From Sphingomonas sp. (GTDB lineage Bacteria > Pseudomonadota > Alphaproteobacteria > Sphingomonadales > Sphingomonadaceae), in contig CBDCMM010000002.1 of the NCBI GenBank assembly GCA_965219075.1, positions 643,893 through 707,892 on the forward strand: 64,000 bases of DNA, in the 5' to 3' direction. This document shows positions 18,057 to 29,455 of the stretch, in pieces (within the stretch, counting starts at the first letter, position 1; each line of letters opens with the position of its first letter). Made by a program: the position numbers and the translations under genes. Under the pieces are notes generated by a model. That model was not told the DNA's origin. It saw only the letters and a list, made by a program, of their open reading frames with translations, and did no database searches.

Positions 18057-19882
18057 GCCGACCATTCTATAGTTGTCAGAACGCGCCCTGCGCGCGCGAT
18101 CGAGACTTCAAATACAGGAATGTTGTGCTGCTCGGCATAGTAGAGCGACTCCCGGCCAATCTCTATCGTTCCCGGCGCATCCACCGCATCCGACACGACG
18201 CGAAGCGTGACGTTGCCGTCGGTCACGCCGTTGCCGTCATTGAGCGTTCGCCACTGTTTTGGATCAAGCCGCCACCTGAGACACGCATCCCGTTCGAACC
18301 CGCTTACTTCGTCTTCAATCACTATCTGCCCAGGCAAAAGCGTCACGCGGCGGAAATGACGCGCGCCCAGATGATCGCGATAGCCAGCACCAAACGTCCA
18401 GCCGTCGCCTTTGCGGCGGAGTGGCTCAAGCCGGTCAGTCTGAAGCCAGTCGCCGAACAGAAAGCGGGAAAGTCTCGGCATTTGGTCACGTTCGTCGAAT
18501 GCAATCGTGCTGTGCCCTGCAGTTCCGCCGAAATAGGCCACGGGGTCGGGCCGTGCATGATAGCTGTACGTGCCTGCGTCGCGCACGACGTTGCGCGCGC
18601 CGATCCATATGTCGAGATGCAGTGCGTCAGCCTGCGAAGGCCGAAAGCGGAAGCGGGGATAGCGCAGTAGCGCGCGTGCGATGCCGGCGCGCAACATCGC
18701 ATAACCGCCCACGTCATATTGTGCCGACCCGGGGGGAGCCGCAACACCATCGGCCGACAGGCCCAGCCACACCAGTTCGTCCCCTGCTGTAGCCGCATTT
18801 AGGTAGGCCCGCTTGCCGTGGAAAAGAACCATCGCGCGTTCCACCGACGGGCGAAAATCACGATAATCGGCATCGGAGAGCATGATTAGGCGTGCACCGT
18901 CATTAGCACCCAGATTGGGCGCGTCACCGGTGGCCGGATCGGTCATCTGGTACAGCCAGTCCGCCGCTGCACGCAGCCGACTCACGACAGGTGAGGACCA
19001 AGGGCGAAGTTCGAGCTTGCGTCGCCACCACTCGGCAGCGGCATAGGTATCGATCATCAATCGATGATAAACTACGGAGTGTTGGCTGAAGCTGCCATCT
19101 TGCGCAATCAGCGCTAGTGCGCGCTCCTCCAGCCAGCGGCGTCCGAGAGCAGCCCATCGCTTCCCCTGCGGCACCCCGCACCGCGCCAACCAGCTTCCGC
19201 CGACGAACAACGCGGCCGCTTCGGACGTGCCGTGATTATTGTCTTGGCCAAGCGCATAACCGATCGTCGGCGCGATCCGCGCGAGATGCAGTCGGACGAG
19301 AGCCATCAGCGCGTCTGACGGGGCATCGTCTTGGCACAGGATCGCGCTTGCAAGCGCGAGCACTAACACGCGCAACGAGGCTTCCTGCCCGCATTTCCAG
19401 TTAGGGCCGCGATAAGGCGAATTGTCCGCGATCCACGCCGCAAGCCATTCGTTCAGCCGGTCATGCGCGTTCGCATCACCCGCGCGCGCCTGCTGAGCCA
19501 TCGGCACCAGCCAAGGAAAGCGCGAAAGCTCCCACACCAGTTTGATATCATGCTCACCGAAATCGCCAAGCTGCCACCACGGCATGTCCGCGCCGGGCCA
19601 TGATTCGCCGTGCAGCGGGTGGGCGGCAAAATCGGGCGGCTGATCGCCGACCGCAATACGATGGTGGCCGAACAGCAGACCGTGATGTCGCCACAGCGCG
19701 GGCACGCGCGCGGGCGCAGGCGGCATTTGCCGCGGCGGGAAGATCGGCCCATCCGGCGCATCCCCACTCAGCCGCAGCACCGACGCGGTCCGCAGCCGCA
19801 GGCCGAGCCGGTAGCGTGCGACCCGCCCCACACTGCGCCACCCCAGCGCGCGCAGCACCCGCACCTTAGCAAGCGCGGTCAT
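18053..19882 (-). CDS. Heparinase II/III-family protein
   Basis: DIKLVWELSRF, QDNNHGTSEA, RPSQADALHLD, DAGTYSY, GHSTIAFD. Confidence 0.88.
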   Translation of the reverse strand: MTALAKVRVLRALGWRSVGRVARYRLGLRLRTASVLRLSGDAPDGPIFPPRQMPPAPARVPALWRHHGLLFGHHRIAVGDQPPDFAAHPLHGESWPGADMPWWQLGDFGEHDIKLVWELSRFPWLVPMAQQARAGDANAHDRLNEWLAAWIADNSPYRGPNWKCGQEASLRVLVLALASAILCQDDAPSDALMALVRLHLARIAPTIGYALGQDNNHGTSEAAALFVGGSWLARCGVPQGKRWAALGRRWLEERALALIAQDGSFSQHSVVYHRLMIDTYAAAEWWRRKLELRPWSSPVVSRLRAAADWLYQMTDPATGDAPNLGANDGARLIMLSDADYRDFRPSVERAMVLFHGKRAYLNAATAGDELVWLGLSADGVAAPPGSAQYDVGGYAMLRAGIARALLRYPRFRFRPSQADALHLDIWIGARNVVRDAGTYSYHARPDPVAYFGGTAGHSTIAFDERDQMPRLSRFLFGDWLQTDRLEPLRRKGDGWTFGAGYRDHLGARHFRRVTLLPGQIVIEDEVSGFERDACLRWRLDPKQWRTLNDGNGVTDGNVTLRVVSDAVDAPGTIEIGRESLYYAEQHNIPVFEVSIARAGRVLTTIEWSA

Positions 19883-22005
19883 TGCTGTCGCAACTGATCC
19901 GCCGCTTCGATCGTCGCACGTGCTACCTCGAAAATCTCCGCAGGCGGGATCGCGGGCGTACCGCTGCGCACCGCATCTAGGAAGGCGGCGGCGCAGGCTT
20001 GCTGTCCTTTGTCCTGACGCAGCGCCCGCATGGTTTTCACCCCGCGCCAGCCGAATCCGCGTAACGAGCGGAAATTGTCATTCTGCAGCACCCCACCGTC
20101 AGCGAACACCTCAATGCGCTCCTTTGGAAACACCGCCCCGCCATTGGCAAGATAGTGGATCGTTCCAAACGACCCATCGGCGAAACCGAGAACGATGACG
20201 GCCTTATCCTCTGTCACCTCGACACCCGGTGCGTCTCCCATCCTGCGTGCGCTAATCGACGTGATCGGATGCCCGCATAGGAACCGCATCAGATCAATGT
20301 GGTGACACGCCTCACCAATGATGCGCCCGCCGCCAATCGCCGGATCTTGGGTCCAGTGCGTCACCGGGATGGCACCGGCATTCATAGTGAAGACAAAAGC
20401 CTTGGGGGCAGCAATGCGCTGCAGTGCCGCATACATGCGCTGCGTGGTGGGGGCAAAGCGTCGGTTGAAGCCCACCATCAACTGCCGCCCGCCGCGCGCG
20501 TGGGCACCCTCGAAAGCTGCTTCCGCCGCATCCACTTGGTTAAGGTCCAGCCCGAGCGGCTTCTCGACGAACACGTGCTTGTCCGCGGCCAGTGCGCGTT
20601 CCACCAACGGCGCGTGATTGTCATGACGGGTAGCGATCACGATCGTATTGACGTCGGGCGAGGCGAAAATCGTCTCGAGATCGCTCGAAGCGGCGGCGAA
20701 GCCCAGCTTGCGGCCTTCTACCACACCTGAAACGCTGCCTGCAGTAGCGATATGGCTGAACTGAGCTCCCGCAGCTTTGAACGCGGGCAGCAGCACACGA
20801 GAGGCATAGTTGCCCGCGCCGATCACACCGAGCGTTGGCTCCCCCGCGGCGAAGTACCGCTCACTGAGAACGATCGTGCTCGACGACCGCGCCGTGGCGT
20901 CACGATCGTAGCGCAGCACGATGCCGAGCGCATCCTTGCTGTCGGTAAGGGTTCGGTAGGCAGTCCCCGCATCGTCGATCGCATAGCGATGAGTAATGAG
21001 GGGCATAACATCTAGGCGCCCGTCCGCCATCATGTCGAGGATCGCTTCGAAATTGCGCTGTTCAGTCCAGCGAACGAACCCGAAAGGGTAATCATGCCCG
21101 CCATCCTCGTAGGAGGCGTCGTAGCGCCCAGGCCCATAAGAGCAGGACACCTGAAACGACAGCTCCTTCTCGTAGAAGTCGGCACGGCTGAGCTCAAGCC
21201 CGGTCACGCCAACGAGAACGATGCGCCCGCGTTTGCGCGACATGCGTGCCGCTTGTGCTACAGGCTCGCTCGATGCCGTCGATGCGGTGATCAGCACGGC
21301 GTCGACGCCGTTACCCCGGCTGAAAGCCATTCCGGCGGCGACGGGATCGGTGCTGCCCGGATTGCACGTCTCAGCGCCGAATTGCCGCGCAAGCGCGAGC
21401 CGCTCCTCGGCAAAATCGATTGCCAGCACGCGTGCTCCATGCGCGCGCAGCAGCTGAATGGTAAGCAACCCGATCAACCCGGCACCCGTCACCACCACGG
21501 CCTCGCCCAGCGTGGGTTCGGCAAGACGAATGCCCTGCAGTCCGATCGCCGCGACGACTGTGAAGCTGGCGGCTTCGTCACTCACGCCATCCGGGATCTT
21601 CGCGGCGAGGTTCGTGGATACGCGGACGACCTCCGCGTGCGGTCCGTTCGACACGATGCGATCGCCAGGGGCAAAGCCGGCAGCGCCGACGCCCACCGCG
21701 GCTACACTGCCGACGTTGCAATAGCCGAGGGGTATCGGCTGGCCCAGTTTCGAGCGCACTGCGTCGAGCGTCGTCAGCACCCCGTCCGTGCGCATCTTGT
21801 CGAACACTTGCCGCACCTTATCCGGTTGCTGGCGCGCCTTGGAAATAAGGCTCGACTGACCGAAATCGACGAGCATGCGCTCGGTGCCTGCCGATACCAG
21901 ACTGACTGCCGTGTTGACCAACAGGCCGTTGCGCGGAACCTGCGGTACCGGAACCTCGATGAGTTCGGTATCGCCGGTACCCATATGCTGGATGATCTGC
22001 TTCAC
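19879..22005 (-). CDS. Bi-domain oxidoreductase (Zn-type alcohol dehydrogenase fused to Gfo/Idh/MocA)
   Basis: SLVSAGTERML, SCSYGPGRYD, GAGNYA, VFVEKPL, VGFNRRF, GEACHHID; probable start GTG 22005. Confidence 0.9.
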   Translation of the reverse strand: MKQIIQHMGTGDTELIEVPVPQVPRNGLLVNTAVSLVSAGTERMLVDFGQSSLISKARQQPDKVRQVFDKMRTDGVLTTLDAVRSKLGQPIPLGYCNVGSVAAVGVGAAGFAPGDRIVSNGPHAEVVRVSTNLAAKIPDGVSDEAASFTVVAAIGLQGIRLAEPTLGEAVVVTGAGLIGLLTIQLLRAHGARVLAIDFAEERLALARQFGAETCNPGSTDPVAAGMAFSRGNGVDAVLITASTASSEPVAQAARMSRKRGRIVLVGVTGLELSRADFYEKELSFQVSCSYGPGRYDASYEDGGHDYPFGFVRWTEQRNFEAILDMMADGRLDVMPLITHRYAIDDAGTAYRTLTDSKDALGIVLRYDRDATARSSSTIVLSERYFAAGEPTLGVIGAGNYASRVLLPAFKAAGAQFSHIATAGSVSGVVEGRKLGFAAASSDLETIFASPDVNTIVIATRHDNHAPLVERALAADKHVFVEKPLGLDLNQVDAAEAAFEGAHARGGRQLMVGFNRRFAPTTQRMYAALQRIAAPKAFVFTMNAGAIPVTHWTQDPAIGGGRIIGEACHHIDLMRFLCGHPITSISARRMGDAPGVEVTEDKAVIVLGFADGSFGTIHYLANGGAVFPKERIEVFADGGVLQNDNFRSLRGFGWRGVKTMRALRQDKGQQACAAAFLDAVRSGTPAIPPAEIFEVARATIEAADQLRQQ

Positions 22006-22024
22006 GTCGCTGAAGGTCCGTTCG

Positions 22025-23959
22025 CTAATGAATAGTAGATTGGTCTGGCGGAAAGTCGCCATCGATGAATTGCTGACACCACAGCTCGATACACATTAGC
22101 GCAAACACAGTGTATCCGGCGTCGTTGGTGCCGGCAAAAAGCCCGCGCAGCAACGCGTCGACCGCGTCCGGATCAAACAGTCCGCGCGCTTTGAGCGCTT
22201 CGCGCGCGAGCGTGCGTTCCACCAGCAGGCGCAACGGGCCGTTGAGCCACTGTCGCAGCGGCACGCCGAATCCGGTTTTGGGGCGATAGATCACCTCATT
22301 GGGTAAAATACCCTCCATCGCCTTCTTGAAGATCCATTTGCCCGTGCGACCGCGTTGTTTGAGATCGAGCGGGATCGTGCCGGCGAAACGCACCAGATCC
22401 TCGTCGAGCAGCGGTACGCGCGTCTCGACCCCGCAGGCCATCGCCATCTTGTCGGCGTAGTTGAGATTGTGATCTGCGAGGAAGTGGTTGCACTCCAGAT
22501 ACAGCATACGATCGAGCGGTGCCGTGCCGTCCGGCAGACGCCCCAACGTCTCGCGCATCGGCGTGAACAGGTCGTTGTCCTCGATCTGAGCTCGCAGATC
22601 GCGCGACAGCAGGTTCGTTATACTGTCCGCGTCGAGCCATAGAAAATAGGCAAGGAGGCGCTCCGTTTCTGGCTGATCAGCATGACGGAACGCTTTGGCG
22701 ATTCGCCGTAGCATCGGATGGCGTTGTGGCGGGAGCCCGGTCGCGGCGGTAAGGCCCCGGCGCGCGGCTTGCGGCAACCACCCCCATGTGCGTTCCTGCA
22801 TCAGCGCGAAATGCCGTCGGTATCCGGTGAAGATGTCGTCCCCGCCCGTTCCGGAAAGTAGCACCTTGATGCCGTTGGCGCGCGCAAGTTCCGCGATCAG
22901 CAGCGTATTCAGGGCCGATGGATCCGGGGTGGGTTCGTCAAGATGGTAAATCATCTCGGGCAGACGATCCATGATGCGCTCGTCGGCGGTCACCACATCA
23001 AGATCGACATCCAGCGCACCGGCGACCTTGCGAGCATAAGGCAAATCCTCCGCGAACCCCTCGCCGCCTAACTCCTTCGCCTTCACCTCGATGCTGAAAC
23101 AGCGTAGTTTGCCCGGACCGGTACGGTTGCGAGCGGCAAAGGCTACGATCGCCGAACTATCCAACCCACCCGACAGAAAGGCACCGAGCGGCACGTCCGA
23201 GATCAGCTGACGCTGGACTGCTTGTTCCACCATGGCGCGCGTCTGCGCCACCAGATCATCGACCTTGGCGGCCGACTTCGTTTCGGCCGGTCGTGCAGGA
23301 TCGGCATAGCGCACGGCCACCGGCGCCCCCGCGCCCAGGCGCACTTCCATGTACTGCCCGGGAAGAAGCTTGTGCACGCCCGCGACGATCGTCTCCTCGC
23401 CCGGTGACCAGAGCAGCCCGAGAAGACGCAGTACCGCTCGCGGATTCACCCGCGGCACCACATCGCCGGCGCGTACCAGCGACTTCAGTTCGCTGGCGAA
23501 TGCGAAACGGTGCTGCTCTCCGACCCAGTAGAACGGCTTAACGCCCATCGAGTCGCGCACCACCGTGAGCGTGTTGGAGGCTCGATCCCAGAACGCCGCC
23601 GCGAAAATACCGCGCAACCGCGTAAAACAATCGCGTCCCTGCCGCGCGAAGAGCCGGAGCAAAACCTCCGAATCGCAATGGCTGACGAACGTCTCACCCG
23701 CCTCCTCGAGCTCGACACGAAGCTCTAGAAAATTATAGATTTCGCCATTGTAGACCATCACGAAGCGTCCGTTGGGCGACACCATCGGCTGGTCGCCTGC
23801 CGCTGTCGGATCGATGATCGCGAGCCGGGCATGGCCGAGCCATACCCCTGCGGCTTCATCCTGCCACGAGTGAAGTCCGTCGGGGCCGCGATGGGAAAGC
23901 GCGGAAAGACCCGCGGCAGGAGATCGCATTGCGCCGATAACGCCGTAGATCCCGCACAT
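22025..23959 (-). CDS. Asparagine-synthase-like amidotransferase (WbpS type)
   Basis: MCGI N-terminal nucleophile, HRGPD, YNGEIYN, LSGGLDSS, SGTGGDDIFTGY, RVPLLD. Confidence 0.92.
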   Translation of the reverse strand: MCGIYGVIGAMRSPAAGLSALSHRGPDGLHSWQDEAAGVWLGHARLAIIDPTAAGDQPMVSPNGRFVMVYNGEIYNFLELRVELEEAGETFVSHCDSEVLLRLFARQGRDCFTRLRGIFAAAFWDRASNTLTVVRDSMGVKPFYWVGEQHRFAFASELKSLVRAGDVVPRVNPRAVLRLLGLLWSPGEETIVAGVHKLLPGQYMEVRLGAGAPVAVRYADPARPAETKSAAKVDDLVAQTRAMVEQAVQRQLISDVPLGAFLSGGLDSSAIVAFAARNRTGPGKLRCFSIEVKAKELGGEGFAEDLPYARKVAGALDVDLDVVTADERIMDRLPEMIYHLDEPTPDPSALNTLLIAELARANGIKVLLSGTGGDDIFTGYRRHFALMQERTWGWLPQAARRGLTAATGLPPQRHPMLRRIAKAFRHADQPETERLLAYFLWLDADSITNLLSRDLRAQIEDNDLFTPMRETLGRLPDGTAPLDRMLYLECNHFLADHNLNYADKMAMACGVETRVPLLDEDLVRFAGTIPLDLKQRGRTGKWIFKKAMEGILPNEVIYRPKTGFGVPLRQWLNGPLRLLVERTLAREALKARGLFDPDAVDALLRGLFAGTNDAGYTVFALMCIELWCQQFIDGDFPPDQSTIH

Positions 23960-24140
23960 CGTTATCAGGGTTCCTGTCAGCCCGCCGGGGTTCCTGCCTG
24001 CCGCGACCCGGAGCGCAAGCGAGGGCAGCAGAGGGACTTCCCGTAATGGTTGAGTGGTTTAGGTAGAAGATTACGCGCCCGATACCGGCCGACGTCCCCT
24101 CTGTCCAGTTTAGCCCGGCAGATGCGGAGACGCTGCCACC

Positions 24141-25166
24141 TTACCGGCCTGCGACTTGCGCGATGATCTTCGCCAGTTGGCGGCGCCGGCGATCGAGCGA
24201 GAAATGTTCGGCGATCCAGGCATGGCCCGTCGCACGATCGGTGGCGGTCGCAGGCTCATCGACCGTACGATCCATCGCCGCCGCAATCGACGACGGATCA
24301 TGTGGATCGACGTATCGCGCGAACGTGCCTGCTACCTCGGGGACGGCACCGCGCGGTGCGGCGACGACCGTCGCGCCGGACGCGACAGCCTCCCCGATGG
24401 CGTGTCCAAATCCCTCGTACAACGTAGGTTGAACGTAGGCGATGCACTCGTGATAGCTGACAAGCTTCTGCTCCTCCGAGATCATGCCCGGCAACTCCAC
24501 GCGTGCAGCGATGCCCAAGTCCTTGGCGCGCGCCCACAGCGCGTCATGGGCATTGCCATGCTTGCCCGCGATGACGAGTCGCGTGTCAGCGTGACGTGGA
24601 CCGAGTTTCGCCATCGCTTCGATCGTCATCGTCAATCCTTTGCGGACGGCATTTTCGTGCGAGAGCAACGACATCGAGAAAAAGTAATCGCTTCTCTTTG
24701 CGGCGGGATCAGGTTGATAGCGTCCGGTGTCGATAGCGAGCGGCGCGGCGATCGGATTACGTACGGTTAGGTGGCGCGTAACCTCGTCGAATTCATATTG
24801 AGAGACGAAGAGGTTAGCGTCGGCCAGACGCAGCATCGTACTCAGCACCGCTTTTTGCCATTGCGGTCGATCGAGATAGCAAACTCCTGGCAGTTCAGCG
24901 CGGCAAGTCGCGTAATCGAACGCGCCGGTGACCACGATCGGACGCCGCCGCAGCTTGGCAGGAATCATGGGGAAACCGGCGTGGCCCCACCACCAGCAGT
25001 AATAGAGGTCAGCCGACCAATCTATCACGCGCGGATGGCCGACGGTTACGACCTCATGACCAAGCTCGCGTAACAACTGGATATCGATCCGGTAGAATTC
25101 GACGCGATCGAACATCTCATGCCAGTTCGCGTGAGCCGACATGTTGGCGAAGAAACAGATGCGCAT
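24141..25166 (-). CDS. Glycosyltransferase family 4
   Basis: C-terminal 'YEGFGHAIGEAVASG...RGAVPEV'. Confidence 0.85.
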   Translation of the reverse strand: MRICFFANMSAHANWHEMFDRVEFYRIDIQLLRELGHEVVTVGHPRVIDWSADLYYCWWWGHAGFPMIPAKLRRRPIVVTGAFDYATCRAELPGVCYLDRPQWQKAVLSTMLRLADANLFVSQYEFDEVTRHLTVRNPIAAPLAIDTGRYQPDPAAKRSDYFFSMSLLSHENAVRKGLTMTIEAMAKLGPRHADTRLVIAGKHGNAHDALWARAKDLGIAARVELPGMISEEQKLVSYHECIAYVQPTLYEGFGHAIGEAVASGATVVAAPRGAVPEVAGTFARYVDPHDPSSIAAAMDRTVDEPATATDRATGHAWIAEHFSLDRRRRQLAKIIAQVAGR

Positions 25167-25181
25167 CGCGGGCAGCTTCGA

Positions 25182-26453
25182 TTATGCGACCGGAACGGTC
25201 GCGGGGTCCGGTGTGCGCGACCATTGCCCGCGCGTGTCGACTACCCGCTTGCCCGCAACCCGGGAGCCCAGTGCCTCGAATGCACGATGATCCACCAAAA
25301 GCGCGAGCACGCCTGCACGCGCCAGCGCGTCGTCGATCGATACTAGTTCAACACCGAGGTCGGCGAGCTTCGCGGGCAGCGCATTAATATGCGGCTCAAC
25401 GGCCAGCACGCGTCCGGGAAACCGCGTGGCGAGCGCCGTCGCAATCCGTACCGCAGGGCTCTCGCGCAAGTCATCGATGTTCGGCTTGAAGGCGAGCCCG
25501 AAGCATGCCGTTTGGAGCGATGTATCCTCATCCATCGCTTGCGCGATCTTTGCCACAACCCAGTCCGACTTGTCGTCGTTAACCTCCCGTGCAGTGCGGA
25601 TCAGACGAGCGTCATCGGGGCTTGATGCGACGATGAACCACGGATCGACCGCGATGCAATGCCCCCCAACCCCCGCACCGGGCTGGAGGATGTTGACGCG
25701 CGGGTGACGGTTGGCGAGACGGATCAATTCCCACACGTCGATACCGAGCTGGTCGCAGATCACCGACAGCTCGTTCGCGAACGCGATGTTGACGTCGCGG
25801 AAGCTGTTCTCCGACAATTTGCACATCTCCGCCGCGCGTGCATTGGTGACCACGCAATCGCCCTTGACGAAGATGCGGTAAAGGTCGGTCGCGCGAGCCG
25901 CACAAACCGGTGTGAGACCACCGATGATGCGGTCGTTGGTGATCAATTCGCGCATCACCTGCCCAGGTAGCACGCGCTCCGGACAATAAGCGATATGCAC
26001 GTCGGTCTCGCCTTCACCGGTCGTCTCCGGAAAGCGCAGGTCGGGGCGCTCCTGTGCGAACCACTGGGCAAGAAGCTCGGTGGCCCCGACAGGTGACGTG
26101 CTCTCTAAGATAACCAGATTGCCTGTGCGCAACCGCGGAGCAATTCTGCGTGCGGCCTGCTCAACATAGCGCAGGTCGGGTTGCCGCTCTTCCTTGAACG
26201 GCGTCGGCACGGCGATCACGAAGGCGTCCGCCTCTGGCGCGTCACTGGTCGCGACCAGTTTTCCCGCCGCCACAACATCATGCACGACCGCATCGAGATC
26301 GGGCTCGACGATGTGTGTACGACCGCCGTTGACCGCGTTAATCAGATGTTCGCTGACTTCGAGCCCGATGACGCGGCATCCCTGCGATGCCAGCATCGCT
26401 GCCGTTGGCAGGCCAATGTAGCCCAACCCCACCACGCAGATCGTATCGAACAT
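25182..26453 (-). CDS. wecC: UDP-N-acetyl-D-mannosamine dehydrogenase
   Basis: VVGLGYIGLPTA, ESTSPVG, AYCPERVLPG, GVGGHCIAVDPWF, FKPNIDDLRESPA; start ATG 26453. Confidence 0.93.
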   Translation of the reverse strand: MFDTICVVGLGYIGLPTAAMLASQGCRVIGLEVSEHLINAVNGGRTHIVEPDLDAVVHDVVAAGKLVATSDAPEADAFVIAVPTPFKEERQPDLRYVEQAARRIAPRLRTGNLVILESTSPVGATELLAQWFAQERPDLRFPETTGEGETDVHIAYCPERVLPGQVMRELITNDRIIGGLTPVCAARATDLYRIFVKGDCVVTNARAAEMCKLSENSFRDVNIAFANELSVICDQLGIDVWELIRLANRHPRVNILQPGAGVGGHCIAVDPWFIVASSPDDARLIRTAREVNDDKSDWVVAKIAQAMDEDTSLQTACFGLAFKPNIDDLRESPAVRIATALATRFPGRVLAVEPHINALPAKLADLGVELVSIDDALARAGVLALLVDHRAFEALGSRVAGKRVVDTRGQWSRTPDPATVPVA

Positions 26454-26466
26454 CTCGGCTTGTTCC

Positions 26467-27597
26467 TTATCGTTCGTCAGATCGCAGCATGGCCAGCGCC
26501 TCGGCGATCCTCCCGCAGGCCTGACCGTCACCATAGGGATTGTGGCTGCGGCTCCTCGCCGTATAGGCCTCATCATCGTCAAGCAACACGCCGACTTCGC
26601 GCTCGATCAGGTCGGGATCAGTCCCGACGAGCTTGACCGTTCCCGCCGCCACCGCCTCCATTCGCTCGCTAACATCGCGCATAACGAGCACCGGCTTACC
26701 CAATGATGGCGCTTCCTCCTGCACGCCGCCCGAATCCGTCAGGATCAGGTGCGATCGATTCATGAGGTAGACAAACGGCAGATAGTCGAGCGGCTCAATG
26801 AGGTGAATGTTGCCGATTCCGCCGAGAAACCGATCCACGGTTCCTCGGACATTTGGATTGAGATGCACTGGATAGACGATGTCGAGATTGGGGTAGCGCC
26901 GCGCGATAGCACTCATGGCTTGGCAAATCCGCTCAAACCCTGCGCCAAAGCTCTCACGCCGATGCCCCGTAACGAGCAGCATGCGCGCGTCGCCGCGAAG
27001 GAAGGAGAATTGCGCGTCGAGGGTGGAGCGATGCGGTGGCAACATGTCAAGCGCGAGGTATAGTGCATCGATGACGGTATTGCCCGTCACCACGATCTGT
27101 GTAGCGGGAACACCCTCATCCAGCAGATTTTCCTGTGCCGATCGCGTGGGCGCGAAATGCAGCGTAGTCGGAATAGCCGCGATCCTGCGGTTACCCTCTT
27201 CCGGCCAAGGCGCATCCATGTTGCCGCTGCGCAGGCCCGCCTCGACATGACCAACGGGAACCCGGGCAAAGAAACTTGCGATACTGGTCATCATCGTCGT
27301 GGCGGTATCGCCGTGAACCAACACGATGTCGGGCTGCCATTCGGTGAACACACGCTTCATCCCCGTGAGAACGGCGCAGGAAACATCTGTTAGATCCTGG
27401 CTAGGCTGCATTATATCGAGATCGAACGCGGGATGGATTTCGAAGAGATCAAGCACCTGATCAAGCATCTCGCGATGCTGTGCCGTTACGCAAACCCGCG
27501 CATCGAAGCGATCGTCCTTTGCCAATCGCCTGACAAGCGGCGCCATCTTGATCGCCTCCGGACGGGTGCCGAACACGCTCAACACTCGTATGGGCAT
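26467..27597 (-). CDS. wecB: UDP-N-acetylglucosamine 2-epimerase (non-hydrolysing)
   Basis: [44 protein letters not shown]. Confidence 0.95.
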   Translation of the reverse strand: MPIRVLSVFGTRPEAIKMAPLVRRLAKDDRFDARVCVTAQHREMLDQVLDLFEIHPAFDLDIMQPSQDLTDVSCAVLTGMKRVFTEWQPDIVLVHGDTATTMMTSIASFFARVPVGHVEAGLRSGNMDAPWPEEGNRRIAAIPTTLHFAPTRSAQENLLDEGVPATQIVVTGNTVIDALYLALDMLPPHRSTLDAQFSFLRGDARMLLVTGHRRESFGAGFERICQAMSAIARRYPNLDIVYPVHLNPNVRGTVDRFLGGIGNIHLIEPLDYLPFVYLMNRSHLILTDSGGVQEEAPSLGKPVLVMRDVSERMEAVAAGTVKLVGTDPDLIEREVGVLLDDDEAYTARSRSHNPYGDGQACGRIAEALAMLRSDER

Positions 27598-27708
27598 CGT
27601 TTCTCTCGCGAATAGGCGCGGCGGACACTACGATAGCGACCGACTGGTGGAAGCCCGCGGCCTTTGCCATGGCGGACACGGCTTGTCCACGTGGCTCGAA
27701 CGGGATGA

Positions 27709-28320
27709 TCAGCTTGGGTCAGAGCCCTGCGAGCCGTTACCACGGAACACCGTCATGGTGGCCTCACCCTCAGCCGAAATGCCGTCGCGCCGCAGGACCT
27801 GACGGACGGTCAGCAGCAGGATGTGGATGTCTAGGGCGAAACTGCGCCGCTCGACATAATCGACATCAAGCGCGAACTTTTCGTCCCAGCCGATCGCGTT
27901 GCGTCCGCATACCTGCGCCCACCCCGTAAGGCCGGGACGCACGTCGTGTCGCCGCGCTTGCTGCGGAGAATAAAGCGGAACATAAGACATGAGTAACGGT
28001 CGTGGCCCGACCAGGCTCATGTCACCCATCAAGATGTTTATCAGCTCTGGCAGTTCATCAAGACTGGTTGCGCGCAGCCAGCGACCGAATGGGATGAGAC
28101 GCTGGTCATCCGGCAACAGCGTGCCGTGCGGGTCACGCGCATCCGTCATGGTGCGAAACTTAATCATCGTAAACGGCACGGCCCCACGACCGGGACGGGC
28201 CTGTTTGAAGAGAGCGGGTGCACCGATCTTCCAACGGACCAGCACAAACAAAATGAAGAGAACCGGCCATAGCAGCAACAGCGCGGCTGCAACGACCGCA
28301 AGATCGAACAAGCGCTTCAC
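27709..28320 (-). CDS. Monotopic phosphoglycosyl transferase (PglC-like)
   Basis: KRLFD, FKQARPG, KFRTM, SLDELPEL, VGPRP, RPGLTGWAQV, 203 aa. Confidence 0.92.
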   Translation of the reverse strand: MKRLFDLAVVAAALLLLWPVLFILFVLVRWKIGAPALFKQARPGRGAVPFTMIKFRTMTDARDPHGTLLPDDQRLIPFGRWLRATSLDELPELINILMGDMSLVGPRPLLMSYVPLYSPQQARRHDVRPGLTGWAQVCGRNAIGWDEKFALDVDYVERRSFALDIHILLLTVRQVLRRDGISAEGEATMTVFRGNGSQGSDPS

Positions 28321-28325
28321 CCTAG

Positions 28326-29447
<1,122 letters not shown>

Positions 29448-29455
29448 CCGCCGTC

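Noticed and set aside
24042-24075. c-di-GMP-I riboswitch (CCUAAACC resemblance on - strand)
   Set aside because: The other conserved elements (GNRA loop/receptor, GCAAA junction) are absent; kept only as an unassigned hairpin.
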